A stretch of DNA of 64,000 nt from Clostridiales bacterium (GTDB taxonomy: Bacteria; Actinomycetota; Coriobacteriia; Anaerosomatales; SLCP01), in NCBI GenBank assembly GCA_018333995.1, contig JAGXSG010000021.1, forward strand, positions 7,723 through 71,722, written 5' to 3'. Below the pieces are notes generated by a model. The model made no database searches and was not told the origin of the DNA. It saw only the letters and a list, made by a program, of their open reading frames with translations. This document shows, one piece after another, positions 1 through 9,750 of this stretch (the first letter of the stretch is position 1; the number at the start of each line of letters is the position of its first letter). Position numbers and translations under genes: made by a program.

Positions 1-89
1 ATACAAATGACAACCCTGCCACTCGTCGCTGGGCGGGTCAACATCTGTTGCTTTTGCTAGACTCTCTGCGGTCCTGACATCAACGCACG

Positions 90-521
90 ATGGAGAGCAA
101 CGTGCTGAACAAACCCCAGGCACCGCCACGAGCGACGCTCGGCAGAAGCGTAGCGTGGACGGCGACTGCCGCCTGGATGGCGGTGATCTTCGCGATGTCC
201 TCGCTCCCCGGATCGGCAATCCCGGGAACCGGGAGCGAGATCGCGCACTTTGTCACGTACGGGGTTCTCGGCGGCCTGCTGTACTTGGCGATCTCGCACG
301 AAACCCCCGATCGCATCCGAGCGATCATGCTCGCCGTTCTCATCTCCTCGGCATACGGAGTCAGTGACGAGTTCCACCAGGCGTTTGTCCCCGGACGAGT
401 TCCAGACGTGGTCGACTGGGGAATCGATACGCTGGGTTCGCTTGCCGGAGCGCTCACCACGCATGCGGCGCTACGGAGGCGGCGCGAGGCTGTGCGAGGC
501 GGCGGCGACCGGGATCAGTAG
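90..521 (+). CDS. VanZ-like integral membrane protein
   Basis: 143-aa ORF with several hydrophobic segments and the VanZ-type motif SDEFHQAFVPGRVPDVVDW. Confidence 0.7.
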   Translation: MESNVLNKPQAPPRATLGRSVAWTATAAWMAVIFAMSSLPGSAIPGTGSEIAHFVTYGVLGGLLYLAISHETPDRIRAIMLAVLISSAYGVSDEFHQAFVPGRVPDVVDWGIDTLGSLAGALTTHAALRRRREAVRGGGDRDQ

Positions 522-1618
522 ATGCCGCTCTCTGCGGCGTGTTGCGATTCCACTCCCAGGTGACGGACTTTGATCTTGAAGTCGTGCGCGTTAGCCGCCA
601 TCCCGATCGCGTCGTCGAGTGTGATCATCCGGTCCTTGTACAAACGGAGCAGGCTCTGATCGAACGTCTGCATCCCGTAGTACTCGCCCTCCTCCATCGC
701 GTCTCGGATGAGGTATGTCTTCTCGGCGTCGTTGATGTACTCACGGATCGTACCGGTCATGACCATGATTTCGACGGCGGGAACAAGTCCGCCGTTGATG
801 GTGGGTATGAGACGCAAGCTGATGATGCCCTTGAGCGTGGACGCCAGCATGAGACGGATCTGCTTTTGCTGGTAGGGCGGGAAGAAATCGATGATCCGGT
901 TGATGGTTTCGGTGGCGTCTATGGTGTGGAGCGTCGACAGAACCAGGTTTCCTATCTCAGCGGCTGTAAGCGCCGCGTTCACCGTCTCGTGGTCACGCAT
1001 CTCGCCGATGAGGACGACGTCGGGATCTTGGCGCACCACGTGCCTGAGAGCATCGGCGTATGACTCGGTGTCAATGCCGATCTCGCGCTGGTTCACGATG
1101 CACTTCTTGTCGTTGTGGAGAACCTCGATCGGATCCTCGATCGTCACAATGTGCCCCTCGCGGGTGCTGTTAATGTGATCGATCATCGCCGCCAGAGTGG
1201 TGGTCTTGCCGGAGCCTGCGGTCCCCGTGACGAGCACGAGCCCACGAGGCTCATCCGCGAGACGGCGCACGATCGGAGGCAACCCGAGCTCCTCGACGCT
1301 GGCCCGCTCTGTGGCGACGCGGCGCAACGTCATGCCCACACTGCCTCGCTGATGAAACACGTTGACGCGGAAACGGCCGATTCCCGAAAGCGAATACGCG
1401 AAATCGATCTCGCGATGGTTCTCAAACGAGACCTTCTGACGATCGTCCATCATGCCGAGGGCGAGAAGGCGCGTGTCGTCGGGGCTCAGCGGCTGCATCT
1501 CGCGCATGACACGCAACTTGCCGTTAAGCCGGACCGCGGGGGGACTCCCGACCTTCACGTGCAGGTCAGACGATCCCTGTTCGGTCATCAGCCTCAGGAG
1601 TCCGTCGATCTGAGCCAT
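515..1618 (-). CDS. pilT: Type IV pilus retraction ATPase PilT (twitching motility)
   Basis: 367 aa; N-terminus LMTEQGSSDLHVKVGSPP, Walker A GTAGSGKTTT, Walker B VVLIGEMRD; PilT/GspE-family length. Confidence 0.85.
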   Translation of the reverse strand: MAQIDGLLRLMTEQGSSDLHVKVGSPPAVRLNGKLRVMREMQPLSPDDTRLLALGMMDDRQKVSFENHREIDFAYSLSGIGRFRVNVFHQRGSVGMTLRRVATERASVEELGLPPIVRRLADEPRGLVLVTGTAGSGKTTTLAAMIDHINSTREGHIVTIEDPIEVLHNDKKCIVNQREIGIDTESYADALRHVVRQDPDVVLIGEMRDHETVNAALTAAEIGNLVLSTLHTIDATETINRIIDFFPPYQQKQIRLMLASTLKGIISLRLIPTINGGLVPAVEIMVMTGTIREYINDAEKTYLIRDAMEEGEYYGMQTFDQSLLRLYKDRMITLDDAIGMAANAHDFKIKVRHLGVESQHAAESGIY

Positions 1619-1696
1619 CGCGTCTCACCCCGTGCTTCGATTTCGGCGTGCGTACAGGATACCGTACTCGAAGCGCCGCCGCGCCACATCGAGCGT

Positions 1697-2794
1697 TTAG
1701 GGCCGAGTGGCGCCAACGTAGTCCCTGCGGCCCCCCAGCGACGATATCTTGACGACATCTCCAGTACGTGGCGAGTGAATGTACTGTCCGCCGCCAACGT
1801 AAATGCCGACATGGCGAATCGGGGACCCAAAGAACACGAGATCACCTGGTTGCAGATCGGCCCGCGATACCCTCTCCCCCACCCCGTACTGCGCCCTGGA
1901 TGAGTGAGGAAGCGACACGCCGACCTGACGGAAGACGAACAGGGTGAACCCGCTGCAGTCGAACATATCGGGGCCCGATGCCGCCCAGCGGTACGGAGCG
2001 CCGAGATATCGTTTCGCGATATCGACGACCTCGCTTCGGGGCGCGCGGGTAGGTGGCGGGAACGACCGTTGGCGCACGAGCGGGAAACTGCGCGAGACGG
2101 CGGCGCGTTCGGCGGCGGCGGCGCGCGCCCTTTCAGCGGCCTCAATCGCGGCGATCTCCGTCTCGAGGCCGGCAAGCATACGTTTGCGATCAGCGAGCTT
2201 GCGCTCGATCGCCGCCTTGTTCGCCGCCATCTGGTCGAGCACCGTCTTTGCGGCCGCTTCTTGTTCGGCGAGACGCGCGTTGGCCTCCGCTAGCTCCACG
2301 TGTGCGGCCTGAAGGTTTTCAACGTTGCCGGCGTCGCTGGAGTTGATGTCTTGAAGCAGATCCCACATCGTCGAGAACTGCTCGAAATCCTGCGCTCCTA
2401 AGAGGACCTCTAGAAAGCTGAACGGCCCATTGCGATACATCGCCTCGGCGCGCGCCTCAAGACGGGTCTGCAAGTCAGTGATGACCGCTTCAGTCTCAGC
2501 TATGCGCGTGGCGGTCGCCCGCATCTCGCTGACCAGAGACTCGTGTGCTATCCGTGCCTCGTTGTACTCCTCGGCGGCCAGCTCGACTTCGACATCGAGG
2601 GCGTCGATCTGCTGTTTGACCTGCCGGGCCTGCTCACGCTTAGCCGAAGCCGGTGACGCGTACGCGGAAACAGCGCTAAACGCGAGCACGACGGCAAGAA
2701 CCAGGGCGACAGGTGTGCGTCTGCTAGAAATCAGAGCGCTACCTCCTGTTGTGGTACAACGACGATACAACCGCGCAATGATAGCACAAATCAT
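1697..2794 (-). CDS. Secreted NlpC/P60 (C40) peptidoglycan endopeptidase with N-terminal coiled coil (RipA/PcsB-like)
   Basis: Signal-like N-terminus, long Ala/Glu-rich coiled-coil region, C-terminal catalytic core DCSGFTLFVF...HVGIYVGGGQYIHSP. Confidence 0.8.
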   Translation of the reverse strand: MICAIIARLYRRCTTTGGSALISSRRTPVALVLAVVLAFSAVSAYASPASAKREQARQVKQQIDALDVEVELAAEEYNEARIAHESLVSEMRATATRIAETEAVITDLQTRLEARAEAMYRNGPFSFLEVLLGAQDFEQFSTMWDLLQDINSSDAGNVENLQAAHVELAEANARLAEQEAAAKTVLDQMAANKAAIERKLADRKRMLAGLETEIAAIEAAERARAAAAERAAVSRSFPLVRQRSFPPPTRAPRSEVVDIAKRYLGAPYRWAASGPDMFDCSGFTLFVFRQVGVSLPHSSRAQYGVGERVSRADLQPGDLVFFGSPIRHVGIYVGGGQYIHSPRTGDVVKISSLGGRRDYVGATRP

Positions 2795-2796
2795 GT

Positions 2797-3678
2797 CTAA
2801 CGAGCCATCGCGCGGCGAAGCGCGTCGAACACACGTACGGACATGCGCTGAATCTCATGGTCTTCGCCCGCGACGTCACCGAGGTCGATCGCGATCGACC
2901 CGGCGTCTTCCGGCGCGGTTTCGACAGCTGTCACGAGCCGTGCGGCCAACGCTGCGACGTCGTCGTCTCCCCCGCTCACGCACGGCCCGGTGCGCTCCTC
3001 GATCGCCGGTAAGGTTGACAAGAACACAGTGACGTCGGCCGCGCCGGGATCCTGGGCGATCTCGATCCGCGCGTGCGGGTCGGTGGCAAGCGCCACGTTC
3101 ACGACGCGCTCAGCCACCTCCGCAGCCACCAGGTCGCATCCCGCGACGGCTACGGAACGCCTTCCAAACAAGCCCCCGGGCGGCGGCTCAGATACGGGCC
3201 GTGTGTGCGTGGTCGCCGATCGGCCCTCCCATACGTGCCGTAACCGTTCGATAACCTGGATGGTTTCGGCACCGGCTATCCCATCGGCGATGTGCCCGCT
3301 GTTCCGCTGGAACTCGCGCACGGCGCGTCCGGTCGCGGGACCAAAGATCCCGTCTACCTGCCCCACAGCGAAACCGAGCGCCCCGAGCGCCTCTTGCAGC
3401 GCACGCACGTCCTGACCGTGGAAGTAAGGCAGCCTCAGGTAGAGCACTCTGTCACCGAGCTGGAATGTCGCATCGACGAGCGCCGTCCACGTCTCCCTTC
3501 CAACAACCCCGTCCTCAGAAAGCCCGTGTGCCCGCTGAAACGCCACGACCGCCTCGCGCGTCTGGCCAAGGAACACACCGTCGACCCCGGTAGGACCGAG
3601 ATCGTGGCCGAGCAGATGAAGCTTGCGCTGCACGTCCTCGACCGCCGCACCACGCTGGCCTGGCAGTATCGGTCTCAC
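2797..3678 (-). CDS. Peptidoglycan-binding (2x PG_binding_1) domain protein
   Basis: Two repeats of the D-G-x-F-G-x-x-T-x-x-A-V-x-x-F-Q type (GVDGVFLGQTREAVVAFQRAHGL; VDGIFGPATGRAVREFQRNSG); start overlaps the stop of the upstream GGDEF gene. Confidence 0.7.
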   Translation of the reverse strand: MRPILPGQRGAAVEDVQRKLHLLGHDLGPTGVDGVFLGQTREAVVAFQRAHGLSEDGVVGRETWTALVDATFQLGDRVLYLRLPYFHGQDVRALQEALGALGFAVGQVDGIFGPATGRAVREFQRNSGHIADGIAGAETIQVIERLRHVWEGRSATTHTRPVSEPPPGGLFGRRSVAVAGCDLVAAEVAERVVNVALATDPHARIEIAQDPGAADVTVFLSTLPAIEERTGPCVSGGDDDVAALAARLVTAVETAPEDAGSIAIDLGDVAGEDHEIQRMSVRVFDALRRAMAR

Positions 3679-5168
3679 GTCGCCACCTCGACTCGGTTCT
3701 TACCGGCCGCCTTCGCTTCGTAGAGGGCGCGATCAGCGACGTCAATCAACCCGGTGTGGGTCTCGGCGTGGATCGGAAACGTAGCCACTCCGAGCGAGAC
3801 CGACGTGCGAACAGGCTTGTCAACACCATCGAGCCGCATCGCCTCATCCGCGACCCGTGCGCGCACACGCTCCGCCACCGCGCTGGCGCCGTCCGTCCCG
3901 GTCTCAGGCAACAGCACGACAAACTCTTCGCCGCCATACCGCGCGGCAAGATCGATCTCGCGAAGATTGTCGCGAATGATGGCTGAGACCACTTTGAGAA
4001 CCGCGTCGCCACGCGGGTGCCCGTACGCGTCGTTAAGCCGCTTGAAGTCGTCGATGTCAAGAAGGATGATCGAGAGCGGATGTCCGAAACGTTCCGCTCG
4101 CTTGATCTCTTCGTCGAGGCGTTGCTGAAAGTGCCCGTGGTTATACAGGTCGGTAAGACGATCGGTGACGGAAAGCCGCTCAAGCTCGCCGTGGAGCAAC
4201 GCATTCTCGAGCGCGAGCGAGGACTGGTTCGCGATGACCTGAAGGCGCTCCAGCTCAGCCGTCGAAAACTCGCGCGGGTTCGCGGAAGCGATCACGATGA
4301 CACCATGCACCGTCTCGCCTGACCGGAGCGGAACCGCCACTTGGGACCGGATATCACTCGATTCGCGCATCCACGCGAGTGACGGCGATGACGGTTCCGC
4401 GCTTGCTTCTTGTACGAGCCCTTCGCGAAACGACGCGCCGAGGATGGTCTGTGCCACCGGCACCTCCGGCTCGAAGACCTCCGGCGGCCTGCCTTGGGAA
4501 GCGCGAATACGCAGGAACGACTCTTCCCGCTGCAAGAGATACACACAGCTGATTTCCGCGCCGAGGATGCCGTTGGCGCCGTCGACGATCAGGTTGCAGA
4601 CCTGGTCGACACCGGTGAACCGGGTGAGCGCCTTGAAGAACTCGTGGGTGAAGAATATCTCGGCGAGCTTGCTTTCGAACTCCTCATTGGTGCGCTCTAG
4701 CTCCCGCTTGCTGGATTGAAGGCGTCGCTCGTGGCTGCGGATCTTGTCGTAGGCGATCTGGAGCTCGGCGAACAGCCTCTCTTGCTCCTCGCCTCGCTTC
4801 TTCGCGACCAGGAGATCCCATACAAGCTCCGACCCCGAGGTCCCCACGAGTTCGATACCAGCCGGTCTGCGCGTCGCGAGCAGTTCGTGCATCTCGGCGT
4901 CCTCGGACATGTCCATGACAAGATCGAGTCCATCCAGCTGAAACACGTCATCGATGTCGGAGGCCACGAACACACCGAGATCCGCCGCAAGACGCGCGGC
5001 GGGCGAGGCCACCGGAGCACCGGCGAGCGCCGCGATACGCACGTTGCCGACTTCGCTCAGCAAGCGCAAGATCGCAGCCGCCCTCAGGCTGCCTCCGACG
5101 ATCGCTATGCTCGAACCCGCGCCTGGGCGTGTCCTCGCAAGACCGCCCATCGCTCCCGTGTCCGCCAT
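3675..5168 (-). CDS. Diguanylate cyclase: Rossmann-like N-domain, coiled coil, GAF, GGDEF
   Basis: C-terminal LLDIDDFKRLNDAYGHPRGD...RYGGEEFVVLLPET (GGEEF active site); preceding GAF-like region; 497 aa. Confidence 0.8.
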   Translation of the reverse strand: MADTGAMGGLARTRPGAGSSIAIVGGSLRAAAILRLLSEVGNVRIAALAGAPVASPAARLAADLGVFVASDIDDVFQLDGLDLVMDMSEDAEMHELLATRRPAGIELVGTSGSELVWDLLVAKKRGEEQERLFAELQIAYDKIRSHERRLQSSKRELERTNEEFESKLAEIFFTHEFFKALTRFTGVDQVCNLIVDGANGILGAEISCVYLLQREESFLRIRASQGRPPEVFEPEVPVAQTILGASFREGLVQEASAEPSSPSLAWMRESSDIRSQVAVPLRSGETVHGVIVIASANPREFSTAELERLQVIANQSSLALENALLHGELERLSVTDRLTDLYNHGHFQQRLDEEIKRAERFGHPLSIILLDIDDFKRLNDAYGHPRGDAVLKVVSAIIRDNLREIDLAARYGGEEFVVLLPETGTDGASAVAERVRARVADEAMRLDGVDKPVRTSVSLGVATFPIHAETHTGLIDVADRALYEAKAAGKNRVEVAT

Positions 5169-5299
5169 CGACTCTGCCTTTCTGGAACCGCACTCGCCGC
5201 TGTCACATTATCATGCGAACGCCAAGCGGCCGCACCGTGACGTCTGACGGATCTCACGAGCGAAGCGAGTCAGGTCGAGGTTAGCAGGCGCCAGGCCTG

Positions 5300-8200
5300 C
5301 TAGCGACTCACGCGTCCAAAGTACTCCACCTCAACCGCTTCGCCGTCCTGGGATACTTGCACGGAGACGATTTCACGGTGCTCGTGAGCGATATCTGCGG
5401 TTGTAACGCCCAAGCGATCGTATGTCGGCGTGAGTACCAGCCATTCCCCTGGGGAGGCAGACGGTTCAAGGACTACGCGCTGGCCGGGCGACGGGGGTGC
5501 GGATTCCCAGACTACTTCGATGCTCTGTGCCATACGCCGCCACCTCCCCAATCGGTTTGCTCGGGCCCGCTCCCTATAGGCAATCCATTGGTGTCTGCTG
5601 CCTGGGGTTGGCCAGGACTCGTCAGTCTCCGCCAATTTCACGGCATCTGAATCTAACCACTGCATCATCTCAGTGCGATCCCCGAAAGTCGCAGCGGTCG
5701 AGTCGATCGCGACGAAAGCAGCCGCACGAGACTCAAGGCCACTGCTCAGAAGAAGCATTGAACTGCGGTTCGCCGTGCCCGTCTCGACGGCCAACGGAGC
5801 GATGCCTGCAAGTTTCTCTGCGTCAGCTACTCCCATGGCAAGAGCATGCACTCTCACTGCTTCCATCGCCCATGGCAGTCGGTACGACAGGGCTTCCTGA
5901 AGTAGGTCGACACCATAATCGCAGAGGCTGACAATCTCAGATGCTGGCTCCCCAACGATCCAGCCGCGCAAGGCGTCCTGCCAGCGATTCGGTAGCGCGC
6001 GTGGAGCTCTAAACGGGGCCGTCTCAAGGACAAGTTCCGCGAACTCCACGATTGGCCCTGCAACAGCGGAGACGTCCATGTCGGCAACCGCCGCTTCGGC
6101 TTCCAGCAGGAGGGACACCAGAGTGTCGAGGTGTTCATCTAGGAAGTTGCCTGCTCGCAGACCCACGCCCGCAGCGTGGTATCCGCGCCGTTGTTGCTCA
6201 CTTGTGTTTGTCCACACGTGGGCCGCTCGGGCCGCGATGAAGCCTGCGAGGAGAGATTGAGTCTCTGGTGTCTTTTCAGACAGCTGCCTCGCAAACAATG
6301 ATCCCTGCAGCACATTGGTGAGCGCTTCGTCCAGACACTCGGCGGAAGTATCGGCGTCCAGGAGCGCAAGGACCGCAGAATCCAAGGATGCGATATCCCT
6401 CTCCCACTCGGCAACAGAAAGGCCCAGTTCATCAGCCTTGGCCTGAGGAATGTCCCAAGCTGAGTCGTTGCCGGCAACGTATTCAACGACCTCCTTCAGC
6501 GGAATGGCGGCAGCCTTCGCGATGCGCTGGTATACCTCCCAGGTCAACAGTAGTATCCCGCTTACGACCTTGGGGGCCTTGGCGGATGCCACCAAGTCCT
6601 CCCACGTCTTCACTGCCCTTCGGGCGCGGCGCGGCTCATCCTCCCACACCACGTGGACGACGAGTCCCTCCATGTCGACGTACGCCCGACCCGCCCGACC
6701 AGCGACGTTCGCGAACTCGGTTGTCGGAACGACTTCGCCGTTGCGCCAAACGAAAGGTACAAGCAGAACGCTGGCAGACAAGTTGAGCCCCTGCGCCAGG
6801 GTGGGCGACGCAATAACAACGGGGCACTCACGTGAACGCAGTAGCCCCTCTATCTCGCTAAGGAACGGTCTTGGTAGACCACCGTGATGCAGTGCAACGC
6901 CATAATTGAGGCATTCCACTGCGGGATGATCCACCCCAAGCCATTCCGTTCCGGTAACAATGGCATTCCGAACTCGTGCGCTTGGCTCTACTAGCGGGGA
7001 CAGAACCCCGTGTCGTATGCACCTGCTGATAGTCTTGCCGAGCGCTTCGACCGACTTCCTGAGCGAGCAGTAGACCAGCACATCCTGATTCTGTTGGGCG
7101 AAGGTCCAAGCTGCTGCGAGCGTGAGTTCCTGCTTGCCCTGAGGGAAGCTGTTTCGCCGACGGGAGCCCCCAGGTGGCTCCTGCGCCTCGACGAACCGCG
7201 GCACGAAAGGAGTTTCGTCATGCAAGCTGATTTCTAGGCGGGCGGCGCTTCCTCCCCATCGGAGCACTCCGAAACGCTGACGTGTGGGCCGCCAGGTAGA
7301 GTGCACCGGGTTGCCGGGTTGATCCTGGCGCAGCCACGCCACCAGATCTTCCATCTCCTCTGGCGTCGGGAAGAGCGCTGAGAGGCACACAAGTCTGCGG
7401 GCAGCTGCATCAGCGCGGGACAGCAGCCTCTGGACGAGCGCTTCGTATCGGACTTCGCGCTCCTGTGGGCCGAGCATGTGCCCCTCATCTAGCACTACAA
7501 GCCCAACGTCATCGATGATCGAGTCGTCGTTGCGGAGCGCGAAATCGAGCTTCTCCGGTGTGGATATGACGATATCCGCTTGGCCAAGAACCTCCGAGTC
7601 CTCCATCTCGATTCCAGCCGAACCGTAGAGAGATGAGACCGCGAATCCGAGTGGCACGAAAGTGTCGGAGAGGTCCCTCTCGACTTGTGCAGAGAGCGCC
7701 CTCAGCGGCGTGACATACACGACACGCTGGTGGCTGGCTAGGGAACGGAGAATGCACATTTCAGCGATGCGTGTCTTGCCTGCACTGGTCGGCAAAGCCA
7801 CCACCAGGTCATCATCAGCGTCCAGGACACGACCGACCGCTTGAATCTGTGATGGCCAAAGCTCAATCGAAGCACGATCACTCGCCCTCAAGCGCCTGAT
7901 GTAGTCCGTTCGCAGCGATGACCATCGGGCGTGATGAACATCATCCTCCGCAAGCTCCGGAAGCTGCTGATGTAGGCTCATTTCCCAGAGCTGTTTCGCC
8001 AAGCCTCCAGAGAGCGCTGCTGTCCACCAGTGACTGACCGCACCCAGTTCCAGTGCTGCGGCTTCCACCGACTGTAAGCGAGCGGTTGCATCTGCAACAG
8101 CGTCTCCATCTCCGATGGCTAGGCCGTGGTCAAGTAGTGCAAGGGACTTCATGAGGGAGGTGGTCAGCACTGAGTCAACGGCGTCCGGCACATCAAATTC

Positions 8201-8737
8201 GTCATCGTGCTGAAGACGCCTCGCCACTTCGCTATCCGAGTGATGCCCGCCGAGCAGCCACGCCGAGTACTCAGCGTGCATCTCGACTAAGTTTCGCCTA
8301 AGCAGATGCAGCAGTACGCACTCCGGCGGAGCGAGATTCTGTCGTTCCGCTAGAGATGGCAACATCGTGTATGCACGCGCTGAGTAGCCGGCAAGATGAA
8401 AGGCAACGGCGGCAGTCAGGCGATGGAAACCGCAGTTCGGACTGTCTTGCCCCCTGAGAACGACCGCCTCTATCGACTCCCCGGCAACCAAGAAGGCACG
8501 TTCCAGCATGTCGGCGTGTGGGTCCTGTGACTGTATCCGGAGAGCGAGCGCAGCAACACCGTGGGCATAGTCAAGCAAGTCCTCCGTCAGGGCTTCCGGA
8601 AAGGATGGGGATCCTTGCGGCAACATTCCGTCGCGCCAGATGAGTCCTCGCGCCAATCCCTTGTCCAGCAGTCGGCCGCCGTAGCCCGGGGCGACCACGC
8701 GTTCGAGAAGAGCAATCATGTCGTTCAGCGAGTGCAC
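5300..8737 (-). CDS. hamB: Ski2-like DExH superfamily-2 helicase, Hachiman HamB-like
   Basis: Motif I LPTSAGKTRIAE, Ia VVYVTPLRAL, II VVLDEGHML, V ASPTLAQGLNLS, VI VAGRAGRA; about 300-aa N-terminal and about 250-aa C-terminal extensions; GTG start 2 nt after the stop of the upstream nuclease-like gene. Confidence 0.6.
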   Translation of the reverse strand: MHSLNDMIALLERVVAPGYGGRLLDKGLARGLIWRDGMLPQGSPSFPEALTEDLLDYAHGVAALALRIQSQDPHADMLERAFLVAGESIEAVVLRGQDSPNCGFHRLTAAVAFHLAGYSARAYTMLPSLAERQNLAPPECVLLHLLRRNLVEMHAEYSAWLLGGHHSDSEVARRLQHDDEFDVPDAVDSVLTTSLMKSLALLDHGLAIGDGDAVADATARLQSVEAAALELGAVSHWWTAALSGGLAKQLWEMSLHQQLPELAEDDVHHARWSSLRTDYIRRLRASDRASIELWPSQIQAVGRVLDADDDLVVALPTSAGKTRIAEMCILRSLASHQRVVYVTPLRALSAQVERDLSDTFVPLGFAVSSLYGSAGIEMEDSEVLGQADIVISTPEKLDFALRNDDSIIDDVGLVVLDEGHMLGPQEREVRYEALVQRLLSRADAAARRLVCLSALFPTPEEMEDLVAWLRQDQPGNPVHSTWRPTRQRFGVLRWGGSAARLEISLHDETPFVPRFVEAQEPPGGSRRRNSFPQGKQELTLAAAWTFAQQNQDVLVYCSLRKSVEALGKTISRCIRHGVLSPLVEPSARVRNAIVTGTEWLGVDHPAVECLNYGVALHHGGLPRPFLSEIEGLLRSRECPVVIASPTLAQGLNLSASVLLVPFVWRNGEVVPTTEFANVAGRAGRAYVDMEGLVVHVVWEDEPRRARRAVKTWEDLVASAKAPKVVSGILLLTWEVYQRIAKAAAIPLKEVVEYVAGNDSAWDIPQAKADELGLSVAEWERDIASLDSAVLALLDADTSAECLDEALTNVLQGSLFARQLSEKTPETQSLLAGFIAARAAHVWTNTSEQQRRGYHAAGVGLRAGNFLDEHLDTLVSLLLEAEAAVADMDVSAVAGPIVEFAELVLETAPFRAPRALPNRWQDALRGWIVGEPASEIVSLCDYGVDLLQEALSYRLPWAMEAVRVHALAMGVADAEKLAGIAPLAVETGTANRSSMLLLSSGLESRAAAFVAIDSTAATFGDRTEMMQWLDSDAVKLAETDESWPTPGSRHQWIAYRERARANRLGRWRRMAQSIEVVWESAPPSPGQRVVLEPSASPGEWLVLTPTYDRLGVTTADIAHEHREIVSVQVSQDGEAVEVEYFGRVSR

Positions 8738-8739
8738 GC

Positions 8740-9522
8740 CTAGAGAGCTCCGTAGACGGTGCTAATGAAAGCACTGTGGTCTGCGACTCGCAGCCCGACT
8801 GCGTGACGCTTAGTGTGCGTCGCACAGGCCGCCAAGTGCGCAGCTAACAGGTTGCCTGGGTTGTTGCCAGACAGAACGAAGAGCAGGTGTTCTACACGGC
8901 AACCCTTGAAGCCATTGATGACGGCCGATTCGAGTCCGGCAGCAATATCGTGGCGGCCCTGCTCTCGCAACCTGTCTGCCACGAAGAGAACCGAGTGCCT
9001 AGTAGGACGACCGCGATCTCGCTCGAGGGCTGCGGCTGCTTCGTCGATGGCTGCAGTGGCAAGACTGGCACGGCTCTTGGACTCTCCTTTCAGGAAGACG
9101 AGAGCATCAAGACTCCCAGCTACACCGATGATGTCGTCGCCACGCAGTGCCATTTCGCGCCCATCCTTCCAGCGCAATCGACGCACTGGCACCGAGAAGC
9201 CAAGTGTCTGTTCCGCAAGCTCAGTTGCGAGGATCTCCCCCATGTCACCGGAGCGACTTCTCTTTCCGGTGGGAAGCTGCGCTCGAACCAGGGCTGCGGT
9301 CTGCGTTGCGCCATGTTCCTCAAGACGTCTCGCCAGAGTCTCAGGTGCGACGTAGTGCTCTCGAACCAGTTCACTCAAGTCGCCAAGAATTGCGTCGCGC
9401 GCAGCATCGCGTTCGACCAGAAGTACTAGGGAATGCTTCCCGGCCTCGGTGACAGACGAATCAAGCCATTTAGCGCAAACATGGTCTGTGCTCCATGTGA
9501 CCCCAAGTGCGGCGTCAGCCAT
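8740..9522 (-). CDS. hamA: DUF1837/HamA-like PD-(D/E)xK nuclease-fold protein
   Basis: 260 aa; motif string GDMGEILATELAE ... RGDDIIGV ... FLKGESKSR (D ... ExK); strong SD GGGGAGGG upstream; immediately precedes the helicase. Confidence 0.55.
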   Translation of the reverse strand: MADAALGVTWSTDHVCAKWLDSSVTEAGKHSLVLLVERDAARDAILGDLSELVREHYVAPETLARRLEEHGATQTAALVRAQLPTGKRSRSGDMGEILATELAEQTLGFSVPVRRLRWKDGREMALRGDDIIGVAGSLDALVFLKGESKSRASLATAAIDEAAAALERDRGRPTRHSVLFVADRLREQGRHDIAAGLESAVINGFKGCRVEHLLFVLSGNNPGNLLAAHLAACATHTKRHAVGLRVADHSAFISTVYGAL

Positions 9523-9750
9523 TCAACCCTCCCCAGTCTGTTCCGCTCAGTGGGCGCACTGCATGACCTTGGGCGGATGAGCAGCGGCCCACCCGCTTCG
9601 CTTCAGTCTAACGCTCGCGGCCGTCCGATCCGCTTCTCCTTCCCTGTCGCTGCTGGTAACAACGACAGTGTCGGCGGAGCGTCCTTTTCATGCCATCTTA
9701 TTAGTCCATTCGGGCCACACTACCCCTAGTACAGAATCGAGACGAGTTCG

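Noticed and set aside
5282-5302. 8-bp hairpin TAGCAGGC-gccag-GCCTGCTA at the hamB stop as an intrinsic terminator
   Set aside because: No U-tract follows on the minus strand, and it overlaps the stop codon. There is too little evidence to call it a terminator.
9655-9672. GGTAACAACGACAGTG as a fourth copy of the TTGTAACA operator
   Set aside because: Only one half-site matches and the second arm is unrelated, so it is probably chance.
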